Source: Candidatus Dojkabacteria bacterium HGW-Dojkabacteria-1 | GTDB lineage: Bacteria > Patescibacteriota > Dojkabacteria > SC72 | Direction of reading: 5' to 3' | Length of the DNA: 64,000 nucleotides | Assembly: GCA_002840365.1 (NCBI GenBank) | Contig: PHAO01000001.1 | Coordinates: 168,647-232,646, forward strand | Shown here: in pieces, positions 39,308-49,620 of the stretch | How the letters are laid out: the number at the start of each line of letters is the position of its first letter | How positions within the stretch are numbered: the stretch's first letter is position 1 | The notes under the pieces: model-generated | The model's database searches: none | Seen by the model: only the letters and a program-made list of their open reading frames with translations | Told to the model about the DNA's origin: nothing | Translations under genes and position numbers: made by a program

Positions 39308-40324
39308 ATGGATAAAGATCAGAAAAACATTTTTAAGGATAAGATTTTACTTATCACTGGAGGTACAGGCTCTTTTGGCAATAAAGTTCTTAAGAGATTT
39401 CTAGATTCTGATATAAAAGAAATTAGAATTTTCTCAAGAGACGAGAAAAAACAGGATGATATGAGGAGAAAGTATATGAATGATAAGATTAAATTCTATA
39501 TTGGAGATGTTAGAGATCTTGCCTCCGTAGATAATGCCATGGATGATGTTAATTTTGTATTTCAAGCAGCAGCATTAAAACAGGTTCCTTCTTGTGAATT
39601 CTTTCCTCTAGAAGCTGTTCGTACAAATATCTTAGGTACCGACAATGTAGTTAATTCAGCAATAAATCATGGAGTTGAGAAAGTTATATGTTTAAGTACA
39701 GATAAAGCAGCATATCCAATTAATGCAATGGGAATGAGTAAAGCCTTAATGGAGAAGGCAGCTATTGCTAGAGCTCGTACAGAAAGTACTAAGACAAAAA
39801 TTTGTGTAACAAGATATGGAAATGTAATGGGTTCAAGAGGTTCTGTTATTCCTCTTTTCTATAAGTTAATAGAAGAGGGTTCACCTTTGACTTTAACTAA
39901 CCCTGAAATGACAAGATTTATGATGACTCTTGAAGATGCCGTAGATTTAGTACTTTTTGCATTTGAGCATGGTAATACTGGAGATCTGTTTGTTCAGAAA
40001 GCTCCTGCTGCAACCATAGATATACTTGCACAGGCAGTCTGTAAGCACAGAGGTGTTCCTGTTAATACCAAGGTAATAGGTACAAGGCATGGAGAGAAGC
40101 AAGATGAGACTTTAGTTACTAGGGAGGAAATGATGAAATCTGAGGATTTAGGTAATTACTTTAGGATTAGTATGGATGATAGGAATTTAAACTATGGTAA
40201 GTACTTTGAAAAAGGTAAAAAAGAAGTTGTGAAGATTACAGAATATTCCTCAGATAATACAGAAAGACTTGATTTAGAAGGTATGATGAAACTCTTAGTT
40301 AAAATGGGAGAAATAGAAGAATGA
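39308..40324 (+). CDS. fnlA: UDP-GlcNAc 4,6-dehydratase/epimerase (FnlA/WbjB/CapE)
   Basis: TGGTGSFG, AAALKQVPSCEF, STDKAAYPINAMG, RYGNVMGSRGSV. Confidence 0.9.
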   Translation: MDKDQKNIFKDKILLITGGTGSFGNKVLKRFLDSDIKEIRIFSRDEKKQDDMRRKYMNDKIKFYIGDVRDLASVDNAMDDVNFVFQAAALKQVPSCEFFPLEAVRTNILGTDNVVNSAINHGVEKVICLSTDKAAYPINAMGMSKALMEKAAIARARTESTKTKICVTRYGNVMGSRGSVIPLFYKLIEEGSPLTLTNPEMTRFMMTLEDAVDLVLFAFEHGNTGDLFVQKAPAATIDILAQAVCKHRGVPVNTKVIGTRHGEKQDETLVTREEMMKSEDLGNYFRISMDDRNLNYGKYFEKGKKEVVKITEYSSDNTERLDLEGMMKLLVKMGEIEE

Positions 40325-41187
40325 AAATATTACTCTTAGGATCTGATGGAATGCTTGGTCATGTAGTAAAGACCTATTTCGAAGAAAAAGGACATGAGGT
40401 AGTTTGTACAACGAGAAGAGATAAAGACTCGAAGTTGTATTTTGAAATAAAAGATTCTCTTGATGGTCTTGAAGGAGTAATAAAAGAAGTTAAGCCTGGG
40501 ATAGTTATAAACTGTATTGGAATACTTAACAAAGCAGCTGAAGATTACAAAGCTTTAGCAGTATTAATTAATAGCTATTTGCCCCATTATTTAGATGAAC
40601 TTTCTGAAACCTATAAATACAAATTTATACATGTAAGTACTGATTGTGTATTTGATGGAAAAGAGGGTAACTATAATGAAGATAGCGTGCCTAATGAAAT
40701 AAGCTTCTATGGAAGATCTAAAGCTCTAGGTGAAGTAATTAATGATAGGAGTGTAACATTAAGAACCTCTATTGTAGGTCCTGATATCAATGAAAAAGGT
40801 ATTGGTCTTTTCAAATGGTTTATGGACCAAGAAGGAGAGGTTGGTGGTTATGATAAAGTGCTATGGACAGGAGTTACCACTATCTGGTTTGCAAAATGTA
40901 TGGAGATTGCAATAGAGAAAAAGCTTACTGGATTACATCACTGTGTAAATAACGAAACGATAAGTAAATATGACCTTCTAGATTTGTTTAAGAAATATTT
41001 TGATAAAGATATCACAATAAATCATAACCCGGATGTAGTAAGTGAAAAGACACTTGTTAGAACAGAGAAGAGTTTTGATTTCGGTATTCCTAGCTATGAT
41101 CAAATGGTAAAAGAAATGAGAGAGTGGGTGTTAAATCACAAAGAAATGTACCCTGATTTAATACAGGGAATTGAAGTAAAAAATTAA
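40321..41187 (+). CDS. RmlD-like NDP-4-keto-6-deoxysugar reductase
   Basis: GSDGMLGH, INCIG, STDCVFDG, YGRSKALGE; no cupin domain. Confidence 0.85.
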   Translation: MKILLLGSDGMLGHVVKTYFEEKGHEVVCTTRRDKDSKLYFEIKDSLDGLEGVIKEVKPGIVINCIGILNKAAEDYKALAVLINSYLPHYLDELSETYKYKFIHVSTDCVFDGKEGNYNEDSVPNEISFYGRSKALGEVINDRSVTLRTSIVGPDINEKGIGLFKWFMDQEGEVGGYDKVLWTGVTTIWFAKCMEIAIEKKLTGLHHCVNNETISKYDLLDLFKKYFDKDITINHNPDVVSEKTLVRTEKSFDFGIPSYDQMVKEMREWVLNHKEMYPDLIQGIEVKN

Positions 41188-41205
41188 TATTAAACAATAT
41201 CTCAT

Positions 41206-42315
41206 ATGAAAGTAATGACTATAGTTGGTACAAGACCAGAAATTATTAAACTTTCTACAGTTATTCCTGAGTTAGACAAATTTACAGAACATATTCTTGT
41301 TCATACAGGACAAAACTATGACTATGAATTAAATGAGATATTTTTTGAGGGTATGGGTATTAGAAAACCTGATATTTTTATGAATGCTGCTGGAGAAACT
41401 CCTGCTGAAACAATAGGGAATGTTATTAAAATTTCTGATGAACTTTTTAAAGAGCACAAGCCAGATGCATTACTTCTATATGGTGATACAAACTCTTGTT
41501 TAGCTGTGATATCTGCAAAGAGAAACAAGATTCCTGTATTTCATATGGAAGCAGGTAATAGATGTTTTGATCAAAGAGTACCAGAGGAAATTAATAGAAA
41601 GATTGTTGACCATTTGAGTGATATTAATATGACTATCACAGAGCATGCTAGAAAGTATTTAGTTGCAGAGGGTATTCCTGCAGAGACAGTTATTAAAGTC
41701 GGTTCTAGTATGAAGGAGGTTCTAGAGAAGAACAAGGAGAGTATAGAGAGTAGTGATGTCTTAAATAGGTTGGATGTTAGAGAGAAAGATTATTTTGTTT
41801 TAAGTGTTCATAGGGAAGAGAATTTAGATGATCCTAAAAATCTACAAGCTTTAGTAGATTCAATCAATGCAGTTGCAGAGAGATTTGGTAAACCTATTAT
41901 CTTCTCTACACATCCTAGAACACAAAAGAAGATTGAAGCTGGTGATATTGTATTTAATCCTTTGGTTAGAATAATGAAGCCTTTGGGTTTTGCTGATTAT
42001 ATTAAATTACAGAAGAATGCTTTTTGTGTTATTTCTGATAGTGGAACAATAGCAGAGGAGTCATCATTATTAGGATTTCCTGCAATTACTGTAAGACAAG
42101 CACATGAGAGACCTGAGGGTATGGATGAGGGTACTGTTATCATGAGTAACTTAGATAAAGAAAGTGTTGTTAATTCAATAAGGGTAGTTACAGAACAGGG
42201 AATAAGGATGAGGGTAGTAGATGATTATAATAATGATATATTAGCTGCAAAGGTTGTAAGAATAATATTAAGTTACACAGGGTATATTAATAGGACTGTA
42301 TGGAAGAGGTATTAA
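41206..42315 (+). CDS. UDP-HexNAc 2-epimerase (FnlC/WbjD/QnlB type)
   Basis: GTRPEII, HTGQNYD, HMEAGNRCFD, SDSGT. Confidence 0.88.
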   Translation: MKVMTIVGTRPEIIKLSTVIPELDKFTEHILVHTGQNYDYELNEIFFEGMGIRKPDIFMNAAGETPAETIGNVIKISDELFKEHKPDALLLYGDTNSCLAVISAKRNKIPVFHMEAGNRCFDQRVPEEINRKIVDHLSDINMTITEHARKYLVAEGIPAETVIKVGSSMKEVLEKNKESIESSDVLNRLDVREKDYFVLSVHREENLDDPKNLQALVDSINAVAERFGKPIIFSTHPRTQKKIEAGDIVFNPLVRIMKPLGFADYIKLQKNAFCVISDSGTIAEESSLLGFPAITVRQAHERPEGMDEGTVIMSNLDKESVVNSIRVVTEQGIRMRVVDDYNNDILAAKVVRIILSYTGYINRTVWKRY

Positions 42316-42566
42316 AGAAACAAATGGAAATCAAAGAAAAGGATAGAAAATATGATTACACATCATTGGAATCCCAGTTGTTACTGCAAGAAACGACCCA
42401 GATAATTGCAGAAGTTACAAAATATTGTAGAGATCTTGAATGGAAGATTACATCTCTGGAAATGGAGCTGGAAAAACACGGGAGAATAAGATTTATGGTT
42501 AAGAAGATTTTCTCTAAGTTATTCACTTCTTTAAAAATAAATATTTTAAAACTTGTGGGAAAGTAG
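42300..42566 (+). CDS. small coiled-coil hypothetical protein
   Basis: Fills the operon gap between the epimerase and GT4. Confidence 0.5.
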   Translation: MEEVLKKQMEIKEKDRKYDYTSLESQLLLQETTQIIAEVTKYCRDLEWKITSLEMELEKHGRIRFMVKKIFSKLFTSLKINILKLVGK

Positions 42567-42599
42567 TTGAAAGCAATTAACATAAAAATGTTTCTTTAA

Positions 42600-43850
42600 A
42601 TGAGAATTTTGCAAGTTAACGAGATAGACCTCCCAGGTAGAAGATTTAATGGTTATGATCTTCAGTTAATGCTGAATAAGAAAGGATATGAAGCAAAACA
42701 ACTTGTTTGCAATAAGATGAGTCGAGATAAAAATGTAATCTCTTTTCTTCCTACTCAATCAGATTTTTTTATTAGAGAACTCTGCAAAAGATTTGAAGAA
42801 AAAGTCTCACTTCAATCTGTTATTTATCCATATGGAGAATTAATGAAGGATATGGATGAATTCAAGGAGGCAGATATCGTTCACTACCATCTGATATTCA
42901 ATCATTTTATGTCAATGTATTCTTTTAAGGATTTGGTACAAACTAAGCCTAGTGTATGGACTTTGCATGACCCTTGGGCATTAACGGGACATTGTGTTCA
43001 TCCCATTGATTGTGACGGATGGTTGACAGGGTGTCACAATTGTAAGCATTTAGAGAGATATTCACCTTTAACAAGAAACTCAGCTCATAGCATTTGGGAG
43101 ATAAAGCGTCAAATTTATAGCCAAATAGATTTAGATATTGTTGTAGCCTCAAATTGGATGTTGGATTTAGTAAAACGTAGTCCATTAACTTCTCATTTTA
43201 AAAATATTCATCTAATACCTTTTGGTATAGACACGAATATTTTCAAGAAAAAGAATAATGTAGAAGAACTAAGAAAAAAGGAGGAAATATCAAAGGATAG
43301 TTTTGTGATCATGTTTAGGCAAGATGATCAAGAATGGAAAGGATTGTCATATATTAAAGAGGTGCTTTCTAATATGAAGAAGTCAGAAAAAATTGTATTC
43401 ATTACTGTTGGAAAAACTGGTTTGTTGGATGAATATAAAGACAAATTTAAAATCATTGAACATAGTTGGATTAATAATCCTGAAGAGATGGTCAAATTGT
43501 ATTCTATTTCGGATTTGTTTCTTATGCCTTCAGTTGCAGAATCCTTTGGTTTAATGGCTGTAGAAGCAATGTCATGTTCACTCCCTGTAATTGTATCTGA
43601 AGGAACAGCTTTACCTGGAGTTACCTTTGCTCCAGATTGCGGTATTGAGTTAAAGAAAGGTGACACCAAGGAATTTATTGAAACGATTCTTAGACTGATC
43701 TCTTCACCAGAGGAATGTACAAGTAGGGGAAAAAGGAGTAGAAAGTTGGTGGAAAAACACTATAATATAGAGAGATATAATAAAGATTTGATAAATTTAT
43801 ATAAAGAAATACTCAAAAGAAATAAATCTAATTCAAAAAGAATAAAATGA
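42600..43850 (+). CDS. GT4 glycosyltransferase (WcaC-like)
   Basis: WTLHDPWALTGHC, ESFGLMAVEAM. Confidence 0.88.
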   Translation: MRILQVNEIDLPGRRFNGYDLQLMLNKKGYEAKQLVCNKMSRDKNVISFLPTQSDFFIRELCKRFEEKVSLQSVIYPYGELMKDMDEFKEADIVHYHLIFNHFMSMYSFKDLVQTKPSVWTLHDPWALTGHCVHPIDCDGWLTGCHNCKHLERYSPLTRNSAHSIWEIKRQIYSQIDLDIVVASNWMLDLVKRSPLTSHFKNIHLIPFGIDTNIFKKKNNVEELRKKEEISKDSFVIMFRQDDQEWKGLSYIKEVLSNMKKSEKIVFITVGKTGLLDEYKDKFKIIEHSWINNPEEMVKLYSISDLFLMPSVAESFGLMAVEAMSCSLPVIVSEGTALPGVTFAPDCGIELKKGDTKEFIETILRLISSPEECTSRGKRSRKLVEKHYNIERYNKDLINLYKEILKRNKSNSKRIK

Positions 43851-44845
43851 GTGTAAAAAAGAAAGAATACAAAATCTCAGTTATTATTCCTTGCTACAAT
43901 CAGGGGAAGTTTGTTGACGATGCCGTGGATTCTGTACTGAAGCAAACATATCAGAATTTCGAAATTATAATAATTAATGATGGATCTACAGACGAATTTA
44001 CAAACAATTTACTAAAAAATTATAATAAACCTAATACGGAGGTTTACCACACGAAGAATCAGGGACTAGCAAGTACAAGAAATTATGGTTTCCAGCTATC
44101 TACTGGCGATTTAATACAATTTCTAGATGCTGATGATTTTTTGGATGAGAGGAAATTTGAAGTACAGATTAAAGAATTCCAAGAGGATGATTCACTAGAT
44201 GTTTCCTATACAAATTACCAATATTTTTATGATGCGTCTGAAAAATATTCGGAGTCTCAGATGGAGGATAAATTAGGTAGTAATCCTTTTGATGATTTTA
44301 TATATAAATGGCAGAGAGGTTTGAGTATCCCAATACATTGTGGATTATTTAAAAAGTCTATTTTTGGTAAATCAGATCCTTTCATTGGAGGATTTAAGGC
44401 TATTGAGGACTGGATTATGTGGGTTATGATTGCAAAGAAAGGTTGTAGATTTAAATATTTAGAGAAAAGCTTAGCGTTTTACAGAATTCAATCTGGAAAT
44501 ATGACTAAGAATAAAGAATTTATGTTCTATTGGGTTGCTAGGGCTGTCGCTTATATCGCAGAGAATTTTATAGAGACGGAAGATTCAGAAAAATTCAATT
44601 CACAACAAGAGAAGTATTTGAAGCAGCTTGTTGAATCCTTTTATATTTCGAATATAGAAAATGAATTTTCTAAAAGAAAGGAAGAAATACTTAAGATTCA
44701 TTTAGAGGAGGAGGAAAGATTGAACAATCTCTTACAAGAATCAGAATTAAGATATCATAAGTTAATTACCTCCAGGACATATAGGTTTGGAGAAAAATTA
44801 TTATGGTTACCCAAGAAAATAAGAAGCTTGATATCACACCAATAA
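43847..44845 (+). CDS. GT2 glycosyltransferase
   Basis: SVIIPCYN, NDGSTD, FLDADD, EDW. Confidence 0.9.
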   Translation: MSVKKKEYKISVIIPCYNQGKFVDDAVDSVLKQTYQNFEIIIINDGSTDEFTNNLLKNYNKPNTEVYHTKNQGLASTRNYGFQLSTGDLIQFLDADDFLDERKFEVQIKEFQEDDSLDVSYTNYQYFYDASEKYSESQMEDKLGSNPFDDFIYKWQRGLSIPIHCGLFKKSIFGKSDPFIGGFKAIEDWIMWVMIAKKGCRFKYLEKSLAFYRIQSGNMTKNKEFMFYWVARAVAYIAENFIETEDSEKFNSQQEKYLKQLVESFYISNIENEFSKRKEEILKIHLEEEERLNNLLQESELRYHKLITSRTYRFGEKLLWLPKKIRSLISHQ

Positions 44846-44863
44846 TATTTATATGTTATTTAA

Positions 44864-45556
44864 ATGTTCGGATTATTTAGAAAAAGGGAAAAAATACTAT
44901 TATACACCGACAGTAGAGGTGACAATATTCCGGGGCAATTAGATTATGATCACTATGGTGTCTTGCTTTCGAAGAGATATAAAGTAGAAAAATATCTTTG
45001 TCCTGAGAAATGGACAACAACATTGGATTTTTTGGATCTTGTTCAGAAAAAAGATTTAAATAAATATGATTTTGTCATACTTCATACTGGAATTGTTGAT
45101 CATTCTCCTAGACATCAAAAAATAGCTAATGAAAATATCTATCCTGATAAAAAGCAGATATTCGATAAAATCTTTGGTGAAGAGATAATAAAGGGGTATT
45201 TGTCTAAAGACTTCGGCTTGGAATACGAAGGTGATAAGACTATAAATTTATATTCACTCGATATGGCAGAGCGATATTTGATTCCGGAATTAAATAAAAT
45301 TCCCAATTTAATATGGATAAGTAGTAACAAGATAGTACCCAACTGGAATGGTAATTATTGGAAAGAAAGACCGAAAAATATCCGTCTCATTGAGGAATAC
45401 TCGAATTTATTTATTTCTAAATTAGGTGGAGAAAAAGTAATAAATCTAATGACTTGGAGTGAAGAGGAAATTAAGAAATACACTTTTGATAATATGCATC
45501 CAAACAAAGCGGGCAGTGATTATATACTTAGACAGATTGAGAAAAAGATAAATTAA
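44864..45556 (+). CDS. SGNH/GDSL-like protein
   Basis: YTDSRG, GIVD, DNMHPN. Confidence 0.65.
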   Translation: MFGLFRKREKILLYTDSRGDNIPGQLDYDHYGVLLSKRYKVEKYLCPEKWTTTLDFLDLVQKKDLNKYDFVILHTGIVDHSPRHQKIANENIYPDKKQIFDKIFGEEIIKGYLSKDFGLEYEGDKTINLYSLDMAERYLIPELNKIPNLIWISSNKIVPNWNGNYWKERPKNIRLIEEYSNLFISKLGGEKVINLMTWSEEEIKKYTFDNMHPNKAGSDYILRQIEKKIN

Positions 45557-45567
45557 CGACATCTATC

Positions 45568-46488
45568 GTGTCACTTATAACATTAAAAAATTTCCTATTA
45601 TCAAAAGATCTTGGATTAATAAAAAAGATTAATGTTCTTAGATTCTTTGGATTTGATAGTTCCTTCTTTTATAAACTAAATATAGAAATAGTCTCCCTGT
45701 ATAATTCGTGTAAAGAAAATAACATAAAATATCTATCTCATAATCAGAAGGAAGGGAAAATATACTTTAGATATAATGAAAAATATATATTAGTTTCGGA
45801 TTATTCTGTTGCAACTATTGTTCAGATTTTTGCTTATAGAAACTATGACTTTGCTTTCCCAGAAAGCGATAATGGTTATTTAGTCTTCGATATTGGTATG
45901 AACAAGGGTTATTCTAGTATGTGGTTTGCAATGCAACCGAATATAAAGAAGGTAATAGGATATGAGGTAAATGAGGAATTAAGTGAATATATTGATGAGA
46001 ATAGGAAGCTGAACAAGCAACTATTCAAAAAGATAAAATCAAATACATTTGGTTTGGCAGGTAAGTCGAAGGAAACAACATTGCGATATCTGAAAAATGA
46101 TGACGGGGTTAGTACTATTAGGGAAGACTTCTATCTAAAATATTGGTCAGAGGATAGAAAGAATGGAGTTAAGGAGAAAAAAGTGAAAGTTAAAGAAGCA
46201 AGTAGTGAAATTAATAAATATTTAAAAGAGTTCCCCAACAGTAATTATATTTTAAAAATAGATGTAGAGGGGTCCGAATATGAAATAATTTCGAATTTAG
46301 CAAAAAAAGAGTTGTTGAACAAATTTGATATAATCGTTGGAGAAACTCATTCAGGATTTAAAGATATTGAAAGGCATCTAAATTGTTTTACTATCGAAAA
46401 TTTGGAAAATTTTGCAGGAGACTTAAATACTTTTGTAGCATTTAATAAAAAATATAAAAAAGGAAAATATAATGAAAAAATTTCTTAA
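45568..46488 (+). CDS. FkbM-family methyltransferase
   Basis: FDIGMNKG, KIDVEGSEYEI. Confidence 0.85.
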   Translation: MSLITLKNFLLSKDLGLIKKINVLRFFGFDSSFFYKLNIEIVSLYNSCKENNIKYLSHNQKEGKIYFRYNEKYILVSDYSVATIVQIFAYRNYDFAFPESDNGYLVFDIGMNKGYSSMWFAMQPNIKKVIGYEVNEELSEYIDENRKLNKQLFKKIKSNTFGLAGKSKETTLRYLKNDDGVSTIREDFYLKYWSEDRKNGVKEKKVKVKEASSEINKYLKEFPNSNYILKIDVEGSEYEIISNLAKKELLNKFDIIVGETHSGFKDIERHLNCFTIENLENFAGDLNTFVAFNKKYKKGKYNEKIS

Positions 46489-47254
46489 TAGCAGATTATT
46501 ATCTAGCAATTTATTGTTGAAAAGGGAAGAGAAAAAGAAAAAGCCCTTATTTATACTCGGATCTGGACCTTCTTTGAGTAGTTGTGATGTTACAAAGTTA
46601 AAAAAATGCTATACAATGTCTTTCAATCGATCCTATATAGCTTTTGATGACTGGGGTTTTGAACCTACATATTTTGTTGGTTTAGACCATGTTGTGAATA
46701 ATGATAATAAAGAAGAGTATAAAAATCTTATTGATAACTCTAGTATCAAGAGATTTTTTTTCTCAGCAGATGAGATGTCTAGAAAATACCTTAAATCAAA
46801 GAAAACCTCAATTATTAAGATTAAGGAAGATACTCCGAAGGAACCGGATTTAAATTTTTTGGGAAAATTGGCAGTATCTAACTCAGGGTTATTTGGGCTG
46901 CAGGTTGCGATTGGTCTTTTGGGATTTAAAAAGATTTATTTGCTTGGTTGTGATGCAAATTACGAGGAAAAGGTCCAAGGTACTGAATTAGTAAATGGAC
47001 AGCTAGTGTCAAATAGTGATAATGATCCTAATCATTTTAGAAAAGATTACTACGGTAAGGGTACAACATACAACAAGCCAGGTGCTTTGACATGGCATCT
47101 ACCTGCATGGAGATGGTTTTATGATAAATATGTTAAGAGTAATAAAAATGGTCTTAAAGTATATAATTGTTCGAAGACTGGAAAATTACAATTTTTCGAC
47201 TTTAAGGATTTTGATGAAATTATAAATGAGATTTCTGATTATGAAGTTAAATAA
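46472..47254 (+). CDS. DUF115/MptE-like (Maf/sialyltransferase-fold) protein
   Basis: ILGSGPSL, FNR, IYLLGCD, VYNCS. Confidence 0.7.
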   Translation: MKKFLNSRLLSSNLLLKREEKKKKPLFILGSGPSLSSCDVTKLKKCYTMSFNRSYIAFDDWGFEPTYFVGLDHVVNNDNKEEYKNLIDNSSIKRFFFSADEMSRKYLKSKKTSIIKIKEDTPKEPDLNFLGKLAVSNSGLFGLQVAIGLLGFKKIYLLGCDANYEEKVQGTELVNGQLVSNSDNDPNHFRKDYYGKGTTYNKPGALTWHLPAWRWFYDKYVKSNKNGLKVYNCSKTGKLQFFDFKDFDEIINEISDYEVK

Positions 47255-47280
47255 ATATCTATTTATATAAGTGATTTATA

Positions 47281-49572
47281 ATGAATAGTCTCTTTCATCC
47301 AAAAGTTTCAATAGTAATCCCAGTTTACAACGGTAGTAACTATGTAAAAGAAGCTATAGACAGTGCTTTATCTCAAACCTATGACAATGTAGAGGTAATA
47401 GTAGTAAATGATGGTAGTACAGATGGAGGTAAGACAGATGAGATATGTAAGAGCTATGGAGATAGAATACGCTACTTCTTAAAAGAGAATGGAGGAGTAG
47501 CTAGTGCATTGAATATGGGAATAGGGAAGATGGAAGGAGAATATTTCTCATGGTTAAGTCATGATGATGTCTATTACCCAGAGAAGGTAGAGAGACAGAT
47601 AGAGGCTTTATCAAAGTTAAATAATAAGGAAACTGTTATCTATTCAAAATACGAAATTATAAATTCTTTTGGAGAAAAGATAGAAGATGCTAATTTCGAA
47701 AAAGGATATGACTTAGAATCTCTTAATAAACCGTTATTCCCTTTTTTTCATTTACTACTAAATGGTTGTACAATGCTTGTTCATAAAACACATTTTGAAA
47801 GAGTTGGAACTTTTAATAAAGATCTCCCTACAACACAAGACTATGATTTATGGTTTCGTATACTTAAAAATGCAGAGATACACTACGAAGGAAGTATAAT
47901 ATTGAAATCTAGGGCACACCCCGATCAAGAAAGTAGAGCAAACATAGATAAACATATAGAAGAATGCGATTTATTCTGGAGGAAGAGCGTAGAAAATACT
48001 CCTGATCAAATGAAAATCTCTTTGTCTGGTGATGTAATAGAGTTTTACAAAGATTTGTATAAATCATTTAAATCAAAAACTCTATACCATGGATTTATTC
48101 TGTATTTAAAAAGTAAAATACTCGATGAATATAGCAATCTATATAGAACGAGCAAATCGGAAGATATTCTAGAAAAAATATCTGAATACATATATGAAGA
48201 AAACCCCTCAATTCAACTCTTAGAAAATATTCTTAAAATTGATTTAAAAAGGAAACCTAGAATAGTGTTCTTTACAGGAAATTGGTATGACAGAGGAGGT
48301 ATGAATAGGGTTATATCTACTATTACTTCACTACTCTCAGAAAAGTACGATGTAGTTCTATGTACAGTAAAAGAGGGAGGAAATGAACAGGGATATAAAC
48401 TTGGAGAGAAAGTAAGGTACATTGAAATAGAAGAGTATGATTTCCCAATAATTCCAGAATTGCTTAGATTGCTTGATGCAGACATCTTTGTTGGTAGTAA
48501 TAATTGCTTTGTTCCACTTCTTAATCTTTATGAGAAGATAGAAAAACTTGGAACAAAAGTAATAATGTGGAATCATGAAAACTATTTCCTACCACTTTAT
48601 GATTTAGAATTAAAAGAAGTTAATAAAGTAAGAAAAGAAATATATCAAAAAGTATCTGCCGTTATTTGGTTATCGCATCTAAGTGCAATGGTATGCTCTG
48701 CATTCTCTAGCAATGTTTTTCATATTAATAATCCAGTATCTATAAATTCACCAATAAAGTTAAAAGAGAAAGGTAGAGTCATCAATTTATTATCTGTTGG
48801 TAGATTTAATTCAGAACAAAAACGTATTGATCGATTACTTGAAGTTTTTGTAAAAGTATTGAAGAAAAGCCCTAGCACTAAACTTTATATTGTTGGTCCT
48901 TACAATTTAAATATGAAAGTCCCAACTGGAGAGATTGTAAATGATTTGATAAAGAGGTTAGAAATACCAGAAAAGAATCTTGTGTTAACAGGAGAAGTAA
49001 AAGATATTGAAAAATACTATGAAGAAAGCTCTCTTAATCTTGTAACTTCTGAAAGAGAAGGTTTTGGATTGTCTGTGATAGAAGCAGCTACATTTGGAGT
49101 TCCTTCTGTAGTATTTGATGATGGTGGACCTGGAGAAATTGTTGATGATGGTGTAAATGGTTATGTAATTAAAGCAGGTGATATTAATTTAATGGCTGAA
49201 CAAGTTTTAGAGCTAATTAAAGATGAGAATAAATACAGGTCCTTTAGTAGAGCATCTTTGAAAATGGCTGAGAATTACAGTACTGAGAAAATACTTTCTA
49301 AGTGGGAGAGCTTAATAGAGAGGGTATTAAAATCAGAGGAAATTGAAGCAGAAACAGTAGATTTTAATGAAGAAACTAAAAAAATCGTCATGATGTATGA
49401 AAATGCAATTGAGAAGCAAATGGAAGATATTCAGAAAGGGATTCAAAGCTCTCTGTTATGGAGAATCACTAATCCTCTGAGAATAGTTAAGAGCAAGCTT
49501 ATGGTAGTTAAGAGGCAAGGGGTTTTACTTACAACAAAGAATTTAATTGTTAAACTAATGGAAAAACTGTAA
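47281..49572 (+). CDS. GT2-GT4 fusion glycosyltransferase
   Basis: N-terminal IPVYN/WLSHDD; C-terminal VGRF..QKR, EGFGLSVIEA. Confidence 0.9.
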   Translation: MNSLFHPKVSIVIPVYNGSNYVKEAIDSALSQTYDNVEVIVVNDGSTDGGKTDEICKSYGDRIRYFLKENGGVASALNMGIGKMEGEYFSWLSHDDVYYPEKVERQIEALSKLNNKETVIYSKYEIINSFGEKIEDANFEKGYDLESLNKPLFPFFHLLLNGCTMLVHKTHFERVGTFNKDLPTTQDYDLWFRILKNAEIHYEGSIILKSRAHPDQESRANIDKHIEECDLFWRKSVENTPDQMKISLSGDVIEFYKDLYKSFKSKTLYHGFILYLKSKILDEYSNLYRTSKSEDILEKISEYIYEENPSIQLLENILKIDLKRKPRIVFFTGNWYDRGGMNRVISTITSLLSEKYDVVLCTVKEGGNEQGYKLGEKVRYIEIEEYDFPIIPELLRLLDADIFVGSNNCFVPLLNLYEKIEKLGTKVIMWNHENYFLPLYDLELKEVNKVRKEIYQKVSAVIWLSHLSAMVCSAFSSNVFHINNPVSINSPIKLKEKGRVINLLSVGRFNSEQKRIDRLLEVFVKVLKKSPSTKLYIVGPYNLNMKVPTGEIVNDLIKRLEIPEKNLVLTGEVKDIEKYYEESSLNLVTSEREGFGLSVIEAATFGVPSVVFDDGGPGEIVDDGVNGYVIKAGDINLMAEQVLELIKDENKYRSFSRASLKMAENYSTEKILSKWESLIERVLKSEEIEAETVDFNEETKKIVMMYENAIEKQMEDIQKGIQSSLLWRITNPLRIVKSKLMVVKRQGVLLTTKNLIVKLMEKL
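47296..47598 (+). repeat. near-identical GT2 N-terminal DNA, copy 1
   Basis: Matches 49636-49938 at offset 2340 with mostly synonymous differences. Confidence 0.85.
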
Positions 49573-49620
49573 TTTCTGTGTGATATAATTCTATAAAATA
49601 CTTTTTATCTTCAATAATTA

